DNA from: an uncultured Candidatus Saccharibacteria bacterium | GTDB taxonomy: Bacteria; Patescibacteriota; Minisyncoccia; SW-4-49-11 | Direction of reading: 5' to 3' | Length of the DNA: 60,966 nt | Assembly: GCA_964633865.1 (NCBI GenBank) | Contig: CAZWIJ010000008.1 | Coordinates: 1-60,966 of the forward strand | Part shown: positions 24,746 through 33,126 of the stretch, one piece after another | Layout: every line of letters starts with the position of its first letter | How positions within the stretch are numbered: the stretch's first letter is position 1 | Program-made: the position numbers and the translations under genes | Notes under the pieces: generated by a model | What the model was told of the DNA's origin: nothing | What the model saw: only the letters and a program-made list of their open reading frames with translations | Database searches by the model: none

Positions 24746-24778
24746 AACTTCACTTTAATATTAAGGTGAAGTTTTTTA
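24746..24778 (+). terminator. Intrinsic terminator
   Basis: AACTTCAC (24746-24753) pairs with GTGAAGTT (24766-24773), followed by a T-run. Confidence 0.55.
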
Positions 24779-24801
24779 TTAAATATTTTTGTAAATTACT
24801 C

Positions 24802-24830
24802 TTGACAAAATACTAATTATATGATATACT
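24802..24830 (+). promoter_or_regulatory. Sigma70 promoter with a long leader before the GC-rich gene
   Basis: TTGACA at 24802-24807, a 17-nt spacer, and TATACT at 24825-24830. Confidence 0.55.
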
Positions 24831-25008
24831 ATATTCATGATTAAGAGAGGTTAAGACCTACTAATCAAAGATATTAGAACTTTCACACAATGTCATAATA
24901 GATACTTACTATTGACAAAAAGACTTTTCATTGGCAAATTGTATATTAGATTTACTAGTATATAGCTTGCTGATGGGAATGCCTTTATGTCCCACGGTAA
25001 GTAATTTT

Positions 25009-25404
25009 ATGACAATTATTAATTTAACACCCCACGGTGTTCAGGTTTACAATGAAGACCAATTCGTTGGTTTAGAACAAGTCAACCCCACCACCTGGGT
25101 GGCTGATTCAGTTGAAGGAAATCCTATTTTGGATCTTCCCTCCGTTGGAAGTCTCCGTATATCCACCGCTACGGTGGATGGAGACCCCATCGATGGAGTT
25201 CCTATAGTGGAAACAACTTATGGGGAATTGGTGGGCCTTCCCACCGATTATATTGATCAGTTTATGATTGTTTCCCTGCCCTGCCAATCAATGGCAAAAC
25301 AGTCTGGTCACAATTTAGCCAGCAAAATGCTGGCACCTTACAAAGTTGTTCGTCTTAGATCCAACACTTCCCAAGTGTTGGGGTGTATGGGATTCACCAA
25401 ATAA
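25009..25404 (+). CDS. Hypothetical protein (131 aa) with atypically high GC
   Basis: MTIINLTPHGVQVYNEDQF... The ORF-track start at 24931 is a TTG. Codons such as CCC, ACC, GGG and GTG are frequent here, unlike in neighbouring genes. Confidence 0.6.
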   Translation: MTIINLTPHGVQVYNEDQFVGLEQVNPTTWVADSVEGNPILDLPSVGSLRISTATVDGDPIDGVPIVETTYGELVGLPTDYIDQFMIVSLPCQSMAKQSGHNLASKMLAPYKVVRLRSNTSQVLGCMGFTK

Positions 25405-25441
25405 TCCTACCAGTTGTATGTCTGGTCAAAACATACAAAAC

Positions 25442-25476
25442 GACTCTTCACACCTTGTGTTGAGTCTTTTTCTTTT
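25442..25476. terminator. Hairpin terminator between convergent genes
   Basis: GACTC (25442-25446) pairs with GAGTC (25462-25466), followed by TTTTTCTTTTT. A second hairpin, GTATGT/ACATAC, lies just upstream. Confidence 0.5.
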
Positions 25477-25477
25477 T

Positions 25478-26983
25478 CTACAATTCAGTTAATGCCCCGT
25501 CAGATTTGATATTAGCTACTCTTTTATAGACCATCTCAGCACTTATAAGACAAATTGGTACTCCTATACCAGGATTAGTATTTGCTCCTACATAATACAA
25601 GTTTTTCACCTTAGATGAGACATTGTTTGGTCTAAAAATTGCAGTTTGAGTTATAGTATGTGCAAGACCAAGAGCGGTACCTTTATAAGAATTATAATCT
25701 TCTTTAAAATCTTTCACCGAATATAATCTTTTATAAATAAGATTTTCTCTCAACCCTTCCAAGCCCATTTCATCTTCCATTAACTTTAATGTTTTATCTG
25801 CATATTCGTCCAAAGAATCTTCTGTATAGTTAAGTCCTGATGCAATTGGAACTAGAACAAATAAATTCTCATGATTCTTTGGAGCTACACTAGGATCTGT
25901 CTTTGAAGGAGCACAAACATAAAGTGAAGGATCTGTTGGCCATTGAGGATCATCAAATATCTCTTCAAAATTTTTCTCCCAATCTTTAGAAAACAGAAGA
26001 TTATGGTGCTGTAGTGATAGAAATTGCTTTTTAACTCCTAAATACATAATCAAAGCTGATGGTGCTAAAACTCTTTTTTCCCAATACTCTTGTTTATATT
26101 GTCTGTATTTTCTTCCTAATAATTGAGTTTCTGTATGATGAATATCCCCATTTGAGATGACTATATCTGCTTTTATTACTTTACCACCAGATAATTCAAC
26201 TCCTTTTACTTCACCTTGTTTTACCACTATTTGGGATACTGGTGTACTTGTATATAATTTTGCACCATTTTTTTCGGCTATATTAATCAGTGATTTTGCT
26301 ATTTCATACATACCTCCCATAGGATAAAAAACCCCCATATTGAAATCTATATGATTCATTATACTATAAAGTGCAGGAGTAGTATAAGGGGAAGAACCCA
26401 AGAAAACTAGAGGGTACTGAATAATTTTTTTTACTTTATCATTAGAAAAATAGGATGACACATAATCTTCCATTTTAGAAAACACAGAAAGTTGAGTCCC
26501 TTGAATCATTGTTCTAATATTTATAAAATCAAATATAGAATTGTAATTTTTATATATAAAACTTTCTTTAGAAATATTATATTGTTTTTCAGCTCTGTTT
26601 AAATATTTTTTTAAGTTTTCACCAGATCCTTTTTCTAATTTTTCTAAGGTGGGGATATCTTTTTTTAAATCAGAATACATATCCACACTTTCATCTCCTT
26701 TAAAAAAAATTCTATATGATGGGGATAACTTCACTAAATTCAAATGATCTTCTATCTTTTCCCCCATCAAATTATAGAAATTTTCAAAAATATCTGGCAT
26801 AAGATACCAAGATGGACCCATATCAAATGTGAATCCTTTTTTTGTAAATATATTCATTCTTCCACCTAATTTTTCATTTTTTTCATATAAACTTACATCG
26901 TACCCTTTCTTTGCCATTATACATGCTGTAGCTAATCCACCAACTCCACCACCAATAATTACTACTTTTTTCATATAATTCAA
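25478..26983 (-). CDS. Phytoene-desaturase (CrtI) family FAD-dependent oxidoreductase
   Basis: 501 aa. N-terminal dinucleotide fold KKVVIIGGGVGGLATACIMAKKGYDVSLYEKNEKLGGR. C-terminal YYVGANTNPGIGVP is typical of the CrtI family. Confidence 0.75.
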   Translation of the reverse strand: MNYMKKVVIIGGGVGGLATACIMAKKGYDVSLYEKNEKLGGRMNIFTKKGFTFDMGPSWYLMPDIFENFYNLMGEKIEDHLNLVKLSPSYRIFFKGDESVDMYSDLKKDIPTLEKLEKGSGENLKKYLNRAEKQYNISKESFIYKNYNSIFDFINIRTMIQGTQLSVFSKMEDYVSSYFSNDKVKKIIQYPLVFLGSSPYTTPALYSIMNHIDFNMGVFYPMGGMYEIAKSLINIAEKNGAKLYTSTPVSQIVVKQGEVKGVELSGGKVIKADIVISNGDIHHTETQLLGRKYRQYKQEYWEKRVLAPSALIMYLGVKKQFLSLQHHNLLFSKDWEKNFEEIFDDPQWPTDPSLYVCAPSKTDPSVAPKNHENLFVLVPIASGLNYTEDSLDEYADKTLKLMEDEMGLEGLRENLIYKRLYSVKDFKEDYNSYKGTALGLAHTITQTAIFRPNNVSSKVKNLYYVGANTNPGIGVPICLISAEMVYKRVANIKSDGALTEL

Positions 26984-27125
26984 CTTAAATTAATATATAT
27001 ATTACTATTATAACATAATCTGATCAAAGAAAAAATATTGATTTTTCTAAGTTATATTCTAAAATAAACTATTCCATTGGAATTAACATATATATTTATA
27101 AGGTCAATAAATATAAAATATAAAA

Positions 27126-27152
27126 CCCACACTATAATTAAGACAGTGTGGA
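27126..27152 (-). terminator. Intrinsic terminator of the 49-aa gene
   Basis: CCACACT (27126-27132) pairs with AGTGTGG (27146-27152). The sequence after the stem is T-rich on the minus strand. Confidence 0.5.
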
Positions 27153-27158
27153 TATAAA

Positions 27159-27308
27159 TTAGATAGATAAGTTATTTTTAAGAGTATATCTAAGTTTTTC
27201 AGATATATTTTTATTTGATATTTTTATAATTATTCCTTCTAGATTTGTTCTAGAAATAAATTGAGAATTTATTTTATTTATATTCTGAGAATTACTTTTG
27301 AGTTTCAT
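27159..27308 (-). CDS. Unannotated small protein (49 aa)
   Basis: MKLKSNSQNINKINSQFISRTNLEGIIIKISNKNISEKLRYTLKNNLSI. GAGG RBS, promoter at 27347-27374 and terminator at 27126-27152. Confidence 0.4.
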   Translation of the reverse strand: MKLKSNSQNINKINSQFISRTNLEGIIIKISNKNISEKLRYTLKNNLSI

Positions 27309-27346
27309 AATAAAAACCTCTTTTCAATTACGAATGAACATTTGTT

Positions 27347-27374
27347 ATTATATCATATTTTGAAATTATGTCAA
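27347..27374 (-). promoter_or_regulatory. Sigma70 promoter
   Basis: The minus strand reads TTGACA (27374-27369), a 16-nt spacer, then TGaTATAAT (-10 at 27352-27347). Confidence 0.55.
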
Positions 27375-27532
27375 TAAATGTAAGATTAAAAAGAGAAAAA
27401 GTAAAGATTGCAATACACCCTATGTAATTATATTACTTATTAGAGGGTTTTCATCTTTACTTTTATAATTTTAGTTATTATGATATTAAGTCTATATGTA
27501 TCTATTTAATATAATAACAACATCATATTTTC

Positions 27533-27802
27533 TTATCACCAATCTTTGGTTGTACCTATTTATTTTAAAGAAAGTGCTTTTAGTATATTTGTTTGTATTC
27601 TATTTCTAGTCAAAAGTATTATTAATTTTTATAATTTATTTTTAGATTAACTTGTAAAGATCAGCTCAAAGAATACAACCACAAACTTCTTCTTTTATTT
27701 ATCCACAGTATATTTTTGTAAATTTATGGTTGTATTACTAAGCTTACTTACATCTATATTATATCAGATCTTTACTATTTAATCCACAATAAGTTATCCA
27801 CA
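27533..27802. promoter_or_regulatory. Cluster of DnaA-box-like 9-mers in a long AT-rich non-coding region
   Basis: Perfect TTATCCACA at 27699-27707 and 27794-27802. TAATCCACA at 27780-27788 has 1 mismatch and TTATCACCA at 27533-27541 has 2. The 9-mer TGGTTGTAT/C also occurs at 27547-27555, at 27727-27735 and inverted at 27673-27681. Confidence 0.45.
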
Positions 27803-27816
27803 GTTAGCTTAGGTTT

Positions 27817-29193
27817 TTATTTATTCTCAAAAGACTTACTTAAAGATTCCATAGAGAATTTAGAAGAAGAAATGAATATATATTTATCATCTTTTATATA
27901 ACCAACATCAATTGCATTACTTGGTGTAGTATAATTATAATAATAAATTGAAAGTTGCTTTCCATCAGAAAGAGTATTTGTAACCTTTGAAGGTTCTGAT
28001 GATAGCATTCCTCTAGAAGAAGAGTTAAGAGAATAACCCGACATATTTCTTGAAATAGCTGACTTCCATTCTTCTACAAACGATTCTGTAGCATTATTAT
28101 TCATTTCTAAGATATTTGTAATTTTGTATAAACCTTGTTCCTTATAAAGATATGTCCACCACTTATTATTATTTGTTAAAATATTTTCTGGAATAGTTAT
28201 CCCCATATAAGACGAAAAGTCTCTTAAAGATATATTTTCACCAGAAGAATTTTTTAATTCTAAATAAATAACTTCTTCTTGCAATCCAGATATTTGTGCT
28301 ATTATATCAGATCTAATAGAAGAGGGAGTTACTGTAACTGGAACCATTGGAGTATCGGGAAAAAGTGAAGCTGAAGATATATTTGATCCTGAATCATCTA
28401 AATTATTATCAATAACAGAATCATCTTCTTGCTCAGGTATATCAGTAACTATATTATCATCTTCTGTTGTATCAGCTTGTTGCTCCATATTATCAGTAGT
28501 ATTCCCTAATAAAAAGAATGCCACTCCTCCACCTATTAAAGCAACTACCAAGAAACCTCCTATTATATAATAAATTGTTTTATTTCTTTTTTTAGGTAAA
28601 TTATCTTCATAAGTTGGAATAGGTGTAGGTTCAGTTGTTTCTGTTGCAGAATTCAAATTAGAGTCTATTGACATCTCCTTAAATAAAGGATTATTATCTA
28701 AAGAGTTATTTTTAGAAAAAGGAACTTCATCTTTAGAAAAAAGCAAATTATTACCTAAAGTATCATTATCTTTTTTATTAAATAATTCTTTTGACTTTTC
28801 CTCTAATTCTTTTTTATGATTTATCTTATCTTCTTTAGATATGTCTAATTCAGGAGATAAATTTATCTGAAAATCATCTTTTGGTAAACTATTATTGATT
28901 TTTTCATCAGATTTATCAGAATAATTTTCATTATCTATACTTAAATTTGGTTCTTTATTTTCATCGGATAAAATAAAAGGAATATTTGTTGAAGTAATTT
29001 CATTAAGTGAACTAGAGTTTTTAATCTCATTTTCTAATTGAACTGATTCTTGTTTTGCTCCAAATATATTATTTGATAGATTAGCCCTATCTTGAGGTGA
29101 TTGGACTTCCTTCATGTCATCACTCATTGTTCTTATTTGTCCTAATGGTTTTAATGTTACAGATTTTGGTATATTTTTCTTTATATCTTGCAT
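27817..29193 (-). CDS. Single-pass membrane protein with a low-complexity acidic/Asn-rich N-terminal half
   Basis: 458 aa. TM segment IYYIIGGFLVVALIGGGVAFFLLG near residue 210. No catalytic motif recognised. Confidence 0.55.
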   Translation of the reverse strand: MQDIKKNIPKSVTLKPLGQIRTMSDDMKEVQSPQDRANLSNNIFGAKQESVQLENEIKNSSSLNEITSTNIPFILSDENKEPNLSIDNENYSDKSDEKINNSLPKDDFQINLSPELDISKEDKINHKKELEEKSKELFNKKDNDTLGNNLLFSKDEVPFSKNNSLDNNPLFKEMSIDSNLNSATETTEPTPIPTYEDNLPKKRNKTIYYIIGGFLVVALIGGGVAFFLLGNTTDNMEQQADTTEDDNIVTDIPEQEDDSVIDNNLDDSGSNISSASLFPDTPMVPVTVTPSSIRSDIIAQISGLQEEVIYLELKNSSGENISLRDFSSYMGITIPENILTNNNKWWTYLYKEQGLYKITNILEMNNNATESFVEEWKSAISRNMSGYSLNSSSRGMLSSEPSKVTNTLSDGKQLSIYYYNYTTPSNAIDVGYIKDDKYIFISSSKFSMESLSKSFENK

Positions 29194-29213
29194 AAATTTG
29201 TTAGTAAACTTTT

Positions 29214-31289
29214 TTATAACTTAAACTTTTCTTTTAAATACAGATTAACTTTGCCAGAATCATCTACATTTTTGATAATAACTGAAACTAAATCTCCTTC
29301 TTTTAAAACTTGCTCTACTTTATCTAATCTGGTTTCTGCCATTTCTGATATATGTAATAACCCATCTATATTATATCTTATATTTATAAATGCTCCGAAT
29401 GGCATAACTTTAACTACTTTACCTTTATATTCTTCTCCTTCTTTGGGTTCAAAAGAAAGTTCTTGTATCCATTTTGAAGCTTCATTTATATTATCAATAT
29501 TTTCTCCAGTTATAAATACCTTACCATCATCTTCTATATCTATTTTTACATTTGTTTTTTCTATAATTTTATTAATTATTTTACCTCCAGAACCAATTAC
29601 ATCACCTATTTTAGTAGGATTTATTCTTAAAACAACTATTTTAGGAGCATATACAGATATTTCTTTTCTTGGCTCAGAAATTATTTGTGACATAATGTCT
29701 AATATAGATAACCTTGCTTTTTCAGATTTTATTAGAGCTTCTTTAAACATATCAATCGTCATACCAGAACCTTTTACATCCATTTGAATAGCATTGATTC
29801 CAGTTTTTGTACCCGCAACTTTAAAATCCATTTCTCCATAATGATCTTCTGGACCTTGAATATCTGTTAACAATTTATATACTCCTGTAGATTCATCTTC
29901 TAAGATTCCCATTGCTATTCCAGCAACAGGTTCTTTTATAGGAACTCCTCCAGCTAATAAAGCTAAAGTAGAAGAACATACACTAGCCATAGAAGATGAT
30001 CCATTTGAACCTAATACCTCAGTGACTAATCTAATTGTATATGGAAAATCTTCTGATTCAGGAATAACAGATTCTAATGCTTTTTCTGCTAAAGCACCAT
30101 GCCCAATTTCTCGTCTACCTGGCCCTCTCAAAGGTCTAACATCTCCAACAGAATAAGGAGGGAAATTATAATGATGTAAAAATCTTTTTACATACTCATG
30201 CTCCATTTCATCAATAATTTGAGCTTCACTCGGAGCTCCTAGAGTTAAGAGAGATAAAGTTTGAGTATCTCCTCTATTAAATAATCCTACTCCATGAATT
30301 CTAGGAACTACATCTATTTCACCAGATATAGCTCTTATTTCATCTAAACTTCTAAAATCAGGTCTTTTTTCATTATTTATAATATTTTGCTTAAACATTT
30401 TACCTATAGCATCATCAATAATTAACATTGCCATAGATATATGATCAGGAAAAGTTTCTTTTACTTTCTGAAATAAATTTTTTCTAGCCAAATCAATAGA
30501 TTTTTTATCTCCATACAAAACATTTTCTAAATATGGATTAACAAACTCTATAACTTGAGATTCTATGTCTTTATCATATAAATACACATGAGCATCTCTT
30601 TTTTTTATAGAAATTTGACTGCATATCTCTTTTTGAAAATCAATCATATCTTGAATAGAATTCAATGAATCCAAAACACAATTTGTGATTACTTCATTTG
30701 AAAGAGATTTGGAACCTGTCTCCATCATCACAATTCTCTGTTTGTCATTCATTGTTAATATCAGATCTAACAAACCATTTTGCCTATCATCAAATGATGG
30801 ATTTAATATAATCTTATCATCACGAAAACCAACTCTCAAAGCAGCAACAGGCCCATTCCAAGGAATATCAGACACCATTAAGGCCAAAGAAGCTCCAAAT
30901 AAAGAAGGCACATCAGAATCATTATGTTCATCTAAAGACAATACTGTTACTATAATCTGTATTTCATTCCTTATTCTTTGATCAAAAAAAGGTCTTACCG
31001 CTCTATCAATTAATCTTCCTGTCAAAATAGACTCATCACTTGGTCTACCTTCTCTTTTAATAAACCTACTTCCTTTAATTTTTCCTGCTGCATAAAATTT
31101 TTCTTGATAATCAACAAAAAGAGGGAGATAGTCACTTGATATCAACTTATCCCCCATAACAACTGTAGCTAAAATAGTCGTATCACCATATTTAACAAAA
31201 ACAGAACCATCAGCTTGATTAGCAAATTTACCTATTTCTACAATTAATTTTTCTCCTGCTATTTCTTTTTCAAATTTTTGATAACTCAT
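29214..31289 (-). CDS. pnp: Polyribonucleotide nucleotidyltransferase (PNPase)
   Basis: 691 aa. Duplicated RNase PH domains, a KH domain (IGDVIGSGGKIINKI) and an S1 domain (GKVVKVMPFGAFINI). Confidence 0.95.
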   Translation of the reverse strand: MSYQKFEKEIAGEKLIVEIGKFANQADGSVFVKYGDTTILATVVMGDKLISSDYLPLFVDYQEKFYAAGKIKGSRFIKREGRPSDESILTGRLIDRAVRPFFDQRIRNEIQIIVTVLSLDEHNDSDVPSLFGASLALMVSDIPWNGPVAALRVGFRDDKIILNPSFDDRQNGLLDLILTMNDKQRIVMMETGSKSLSNEVITNCVLDSLNSIQDMIDFQKEICSQISIKKRDAHVYLYDKDIESQVIEFVNPYLENVLYGDKKSIDLARKNLFQKVKETFPDHISMAMLIIDDAIGKMFKQNIINNEKRPDFRSLDEIRAISGEIDVVPRIHGVGLFNRGDTQTLSLLTLGAPSEAQIIDEMEHEYVKRFLHHYNFPPYSVGDVRPLRGPGRREIGHGALAEKALESVIPESEDFPYTIRLVTEVLGSNGSSSMASVCSSTLALLAGGVPIKEPVAGIAMGILEDESTGVYKLLTDIQGPEDHYGEMDFKVAGTKTGINAIQMDVKGSGMTIDMFKEALIKSEKARLSILDIMSQIISEPRKEISVYAPKIVVLRINPTKIGDVIGSGGKIINKIIEKTNVKIDIEDDGKVFITGENIDNINEASKWIQELSFEPKEGEEYKGKVVKVMPFGAFINIRYNIDGLLHISEMAETRLDKVEQVLKEGDLVSVIIKNVDDSGKVNLYLKEKFKL

Positions 31290-31331
31290 ATTTTTATTTA
31301 GTAATGTATTTTAGTTTTAAGAAATACGAGA

Positions 31332-31598
31332 TTATACTCTTAAACTCAATTTTGAGACTATATCTTTAAAGGATGCTTCATCTGTTCTTTTTAGATAATT
31401 TAATAGCTTTTTTCTTGTTGAAACTAACTTTATTAAACCTCTTCTAGAATGAAAATCTTTTCTATTAACCTTCAAATGCTCTGTCAATTTTGCAATATTT
31501 TCTGTTAAAATAGCTATCTGCACTTGTGATGAACCGCTATCTTTCTCATGAATCTGATACTTTTTAATAATCTCTTTTTTAGTAGCTGTGTCTAACAT
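31332..31598 (-). CDS. rpsO: 30S ribosomal protein S15
   Basis: 88 aa. [34 protein letters not shown]. Classic rpsO-pnp linkage. Confidence 0.95.
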   Translation of the reverse strand: MLDTATKKEIIKKYQIHEKDSGSSQVQIAILTENIAKLTEHLKVNRKDFHSRRGLIKLVSTRKKLLNYLKRTDEASFKDIVSKLSLRV

Positions 31599-31727
31599 AA
31601 ATCAATTTAAATAAATCTTATATAAGTACATATTATCATATTTTGCATAATAAGTCTACACTTTATTTCTAAATAAATAAAGCTAAACTTAGTGTAGAAT
31701 CTAGGCAAAATTCATTATCTACAATTG

Positions 31728-31808
31728 TGCTGAGAAGAGGACTTGAACCTCCAAGCCAATGGCACATGCTCCTAAGGCATGCGTGTCTACCAATTCCACC
31801 ACCTCAGC
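31728..31808 (-). tRNA. tRNA-Leu (anticodon UAG)
   Basis: The minus strand reads GCTGAGGTGGTGGAATTGGTAGACACGCATGCCTTAGGAGCATGTGCCATTGGCTTGGAGGTTCAAGTCCTCTTCTCAGCA. Acceptor GCTGAGG/TCTCAGC, anticodon stem CATGC/GCATG with loop CTTAGGA, a long variable arm, and T-arm GGAGG-TTCAAGT-CCTCT. No encoded CCA. Confidence 0.9.
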
Positions 31809-31819
31809 TTTATAAACTT

Positions 31820-31862
31820 ATTATATACCATGATTGACAATATGTCAATTCTATGGTATAAT
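31820..31862. promoter_or_regulatory. Back-to-back consensus promoters sharing a palindromic -35 region
   Basis: Plus strand: TTGACA 31834-31839, 17-nt spacer, TATAAT 31857-31862. Minus strand: TTGACA 31848-31843, 17-nt spacer, TATAAT 31825-31820, driving the tRNA. The two -35 boxes form TTGACAATATGTCAA. Confidence 0.6.
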
Positions 31863-31973
31863 ATTTTTTATGTTTACAAAATAAGGATATTTTATTCTTT
31901 ATATAAATATAATAGAATATTCGCACTGTGTCTGGTAGATTTTTGTAACACTGTATTATACATTAAGTTATTA

Positions 31974-32504
31974 ATGAAAAATTTTACGATAGTTACGATT
32001 ATATTATTGTTCTCCATAAATACATTTATATTACCATCAGCAGTTATAGCTGAAGATTTAAATTATAATAATAGTTCTTTATTAGTTATTAGAGATATTC
32101 AATCTCCAAATACAATTATTACACAGAAGCCTATTATTAAGCCTGAACCAAAAGTTCAAGTAAGAAAACAGGACTTAAGTAATTATTATAATAATATACC
32201 AGAACAAGGATCTTGTTTTGATTATGTTGATAAATATTCTACTTTATATGGTGTTGATAGTGATTTATTAACAAGAATTATTAGAGCAGAAAGTGGTGGT
32301 AATCCCCTATCTAAAAATAAAAATTCTACCGCTTCTGGTTGTGGACAGTTCATTCAATCTACTTGGAATTCTACTTTGAGACAGATGGGTAGGGAATGGG
32401 TTTCTCCTTTCAATGCTGAGGCCAATGTTGAGGCCATGTCTTGGAAAATAGCCCACGGTGGTATTGGAGCATGGAATGCTTCTAAATCTAAGTGGTCTAA
32501 ATAA
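31974..32504 (+). CDS. Secreted lytic-transglycosylase-like (lysozyme-like) protein
   Basis: The start at 31974 (MKNFTIVTIILLFSINTFILPSAVIAEDL, a signal peptide) is preferred. The ORF-track start at 31779 overlaps the tRNA and the promoters. The motif RAESGGNPLSKNKNSTASGCGQFIQSTW is present. Confidence 0.65.
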   Translation: MKNFTIVTIILLFSINTFILPSAVIAEDLNYNNSSLLVIRDIQSPNTIITQKPIIKPEPKVQVRKQDLSNYYNNIPEQGSCFDYVDKYSTLYGVDSDLLTRIIRAESGGNPLSKNKNSTASGCGQFIQSTWNSTLRQMGREWVSPFNAEANVEAMSWKIAHGGIGAWNASKSKWSK

Positions 32505-32589
32505 TAAAAAGTACTAGTGTAAAAGCTAGTGCTTTTTTTATTTACAGAATTATGATATAATTAACTTGAAATTCATTCCTAATAATAAA

Positions 32590-33126
32590 ATGAATAAGTA
32601 CTATACCATATTTGAAATTCTAGATTTCATCTCAGAACCAAATAAATCAATTTTCTTAAAGATTATAACCGAAAATAAAGATATATTTTTTTCAGCTAAA
32701 GGGTCTAATACCAAACATCAAGCTTGGGAGGGAGGCTATATAGATCATATAACTGAATGTTGCAATATCGCTATTAACATGTACAATACTTTAGATACAC
32801 TAAGATCATTACCTTTTTCAATTGAAGATTGTATTATTGTTCTATTTCTTCATGATATAGAAAAGCCTTGGTTATATAATGGTAAAATATCTATCAAAAA
32901 AAGAGATTATCGATATGTATTTAGAGAATCTTTATTTACTAAGTACAAAATTTCTTTGACAGAAGATCATTTTACAGCAATTAGATATATAGAAGGTGAA
33001 GGTAAAGACTATTCAAGCACAAAAAGAATTCTAAATCCTTTGGGAGCTTTCTGTCATAGTTGTGATATTATCTCTGCTAGAATATGGTATGATAAGCCAG
33101 AAGTAGATCAAAAAAATAGTTGGTAA
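32590..33126 (+). CDS. HD-domain-like phosphohydrolase (hypothetical)
   Basis: HQAWEGGYIDHI...LFLHDIEKP. An extended -10 (TGaTATAAT, ~32550-32558) puts the TSS near 32565, so the ATG at 32590 is preferred over the TTG at 32566. Confidence 0.5.
   Translation: MNKYYTIFEILDFISEPNKSIFLKIITENKDIFFSAKGSNTKHQAWEGGYIDHITECCNIAINMYNTLDTLRSLPFSIEDCIIVLFLHDIEKPWLYNGKISIKKRDYRYVFRESLFTKYKISLTEDHFTAIRYIEGEGKDYSSTKRILNPLGAFCHSCDIISARIWYDKPEVDQKNSW

Noticed and set aside
27420-27455. Possible dif/Xer site (imperfect palindrome ATGTAATTATATTACTT within ACCCT...AGGGT)
   Set aside because: It shows only loose resemblance to known dif consensus sequences (E. coli or Firmicutes types), and I could not align the XerC/XerD arms convincingly. 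In DNA this AT-rich, such near-palindromes are expected by chance.
29188-29787. 199-aa plus-strand ORF, together with the other track ORFs at 30685-30981, 33783-34004, 18119-18301, 18422-18652, 19199-19387, 19540-19725, 44965-45156, 38651-38866 and 39369-39602
   Set aside because: All of them lie antisense to, or out of frame within, confidently identified housekeeping genes (pnp, fusA, valS, pyrG, rpsI, rplQ). Their Ile/Phe/Ser/Leu-rich composition is typical of shadow frames in AT-rich DNA.
31779-31973. N-terminal 65 codons of the 241-aa track ORF
   Set aside because: This part overlaps tRNA-Leu and both consensus promoters. The ATG at 31974 is followed by a textbook signal peptide.
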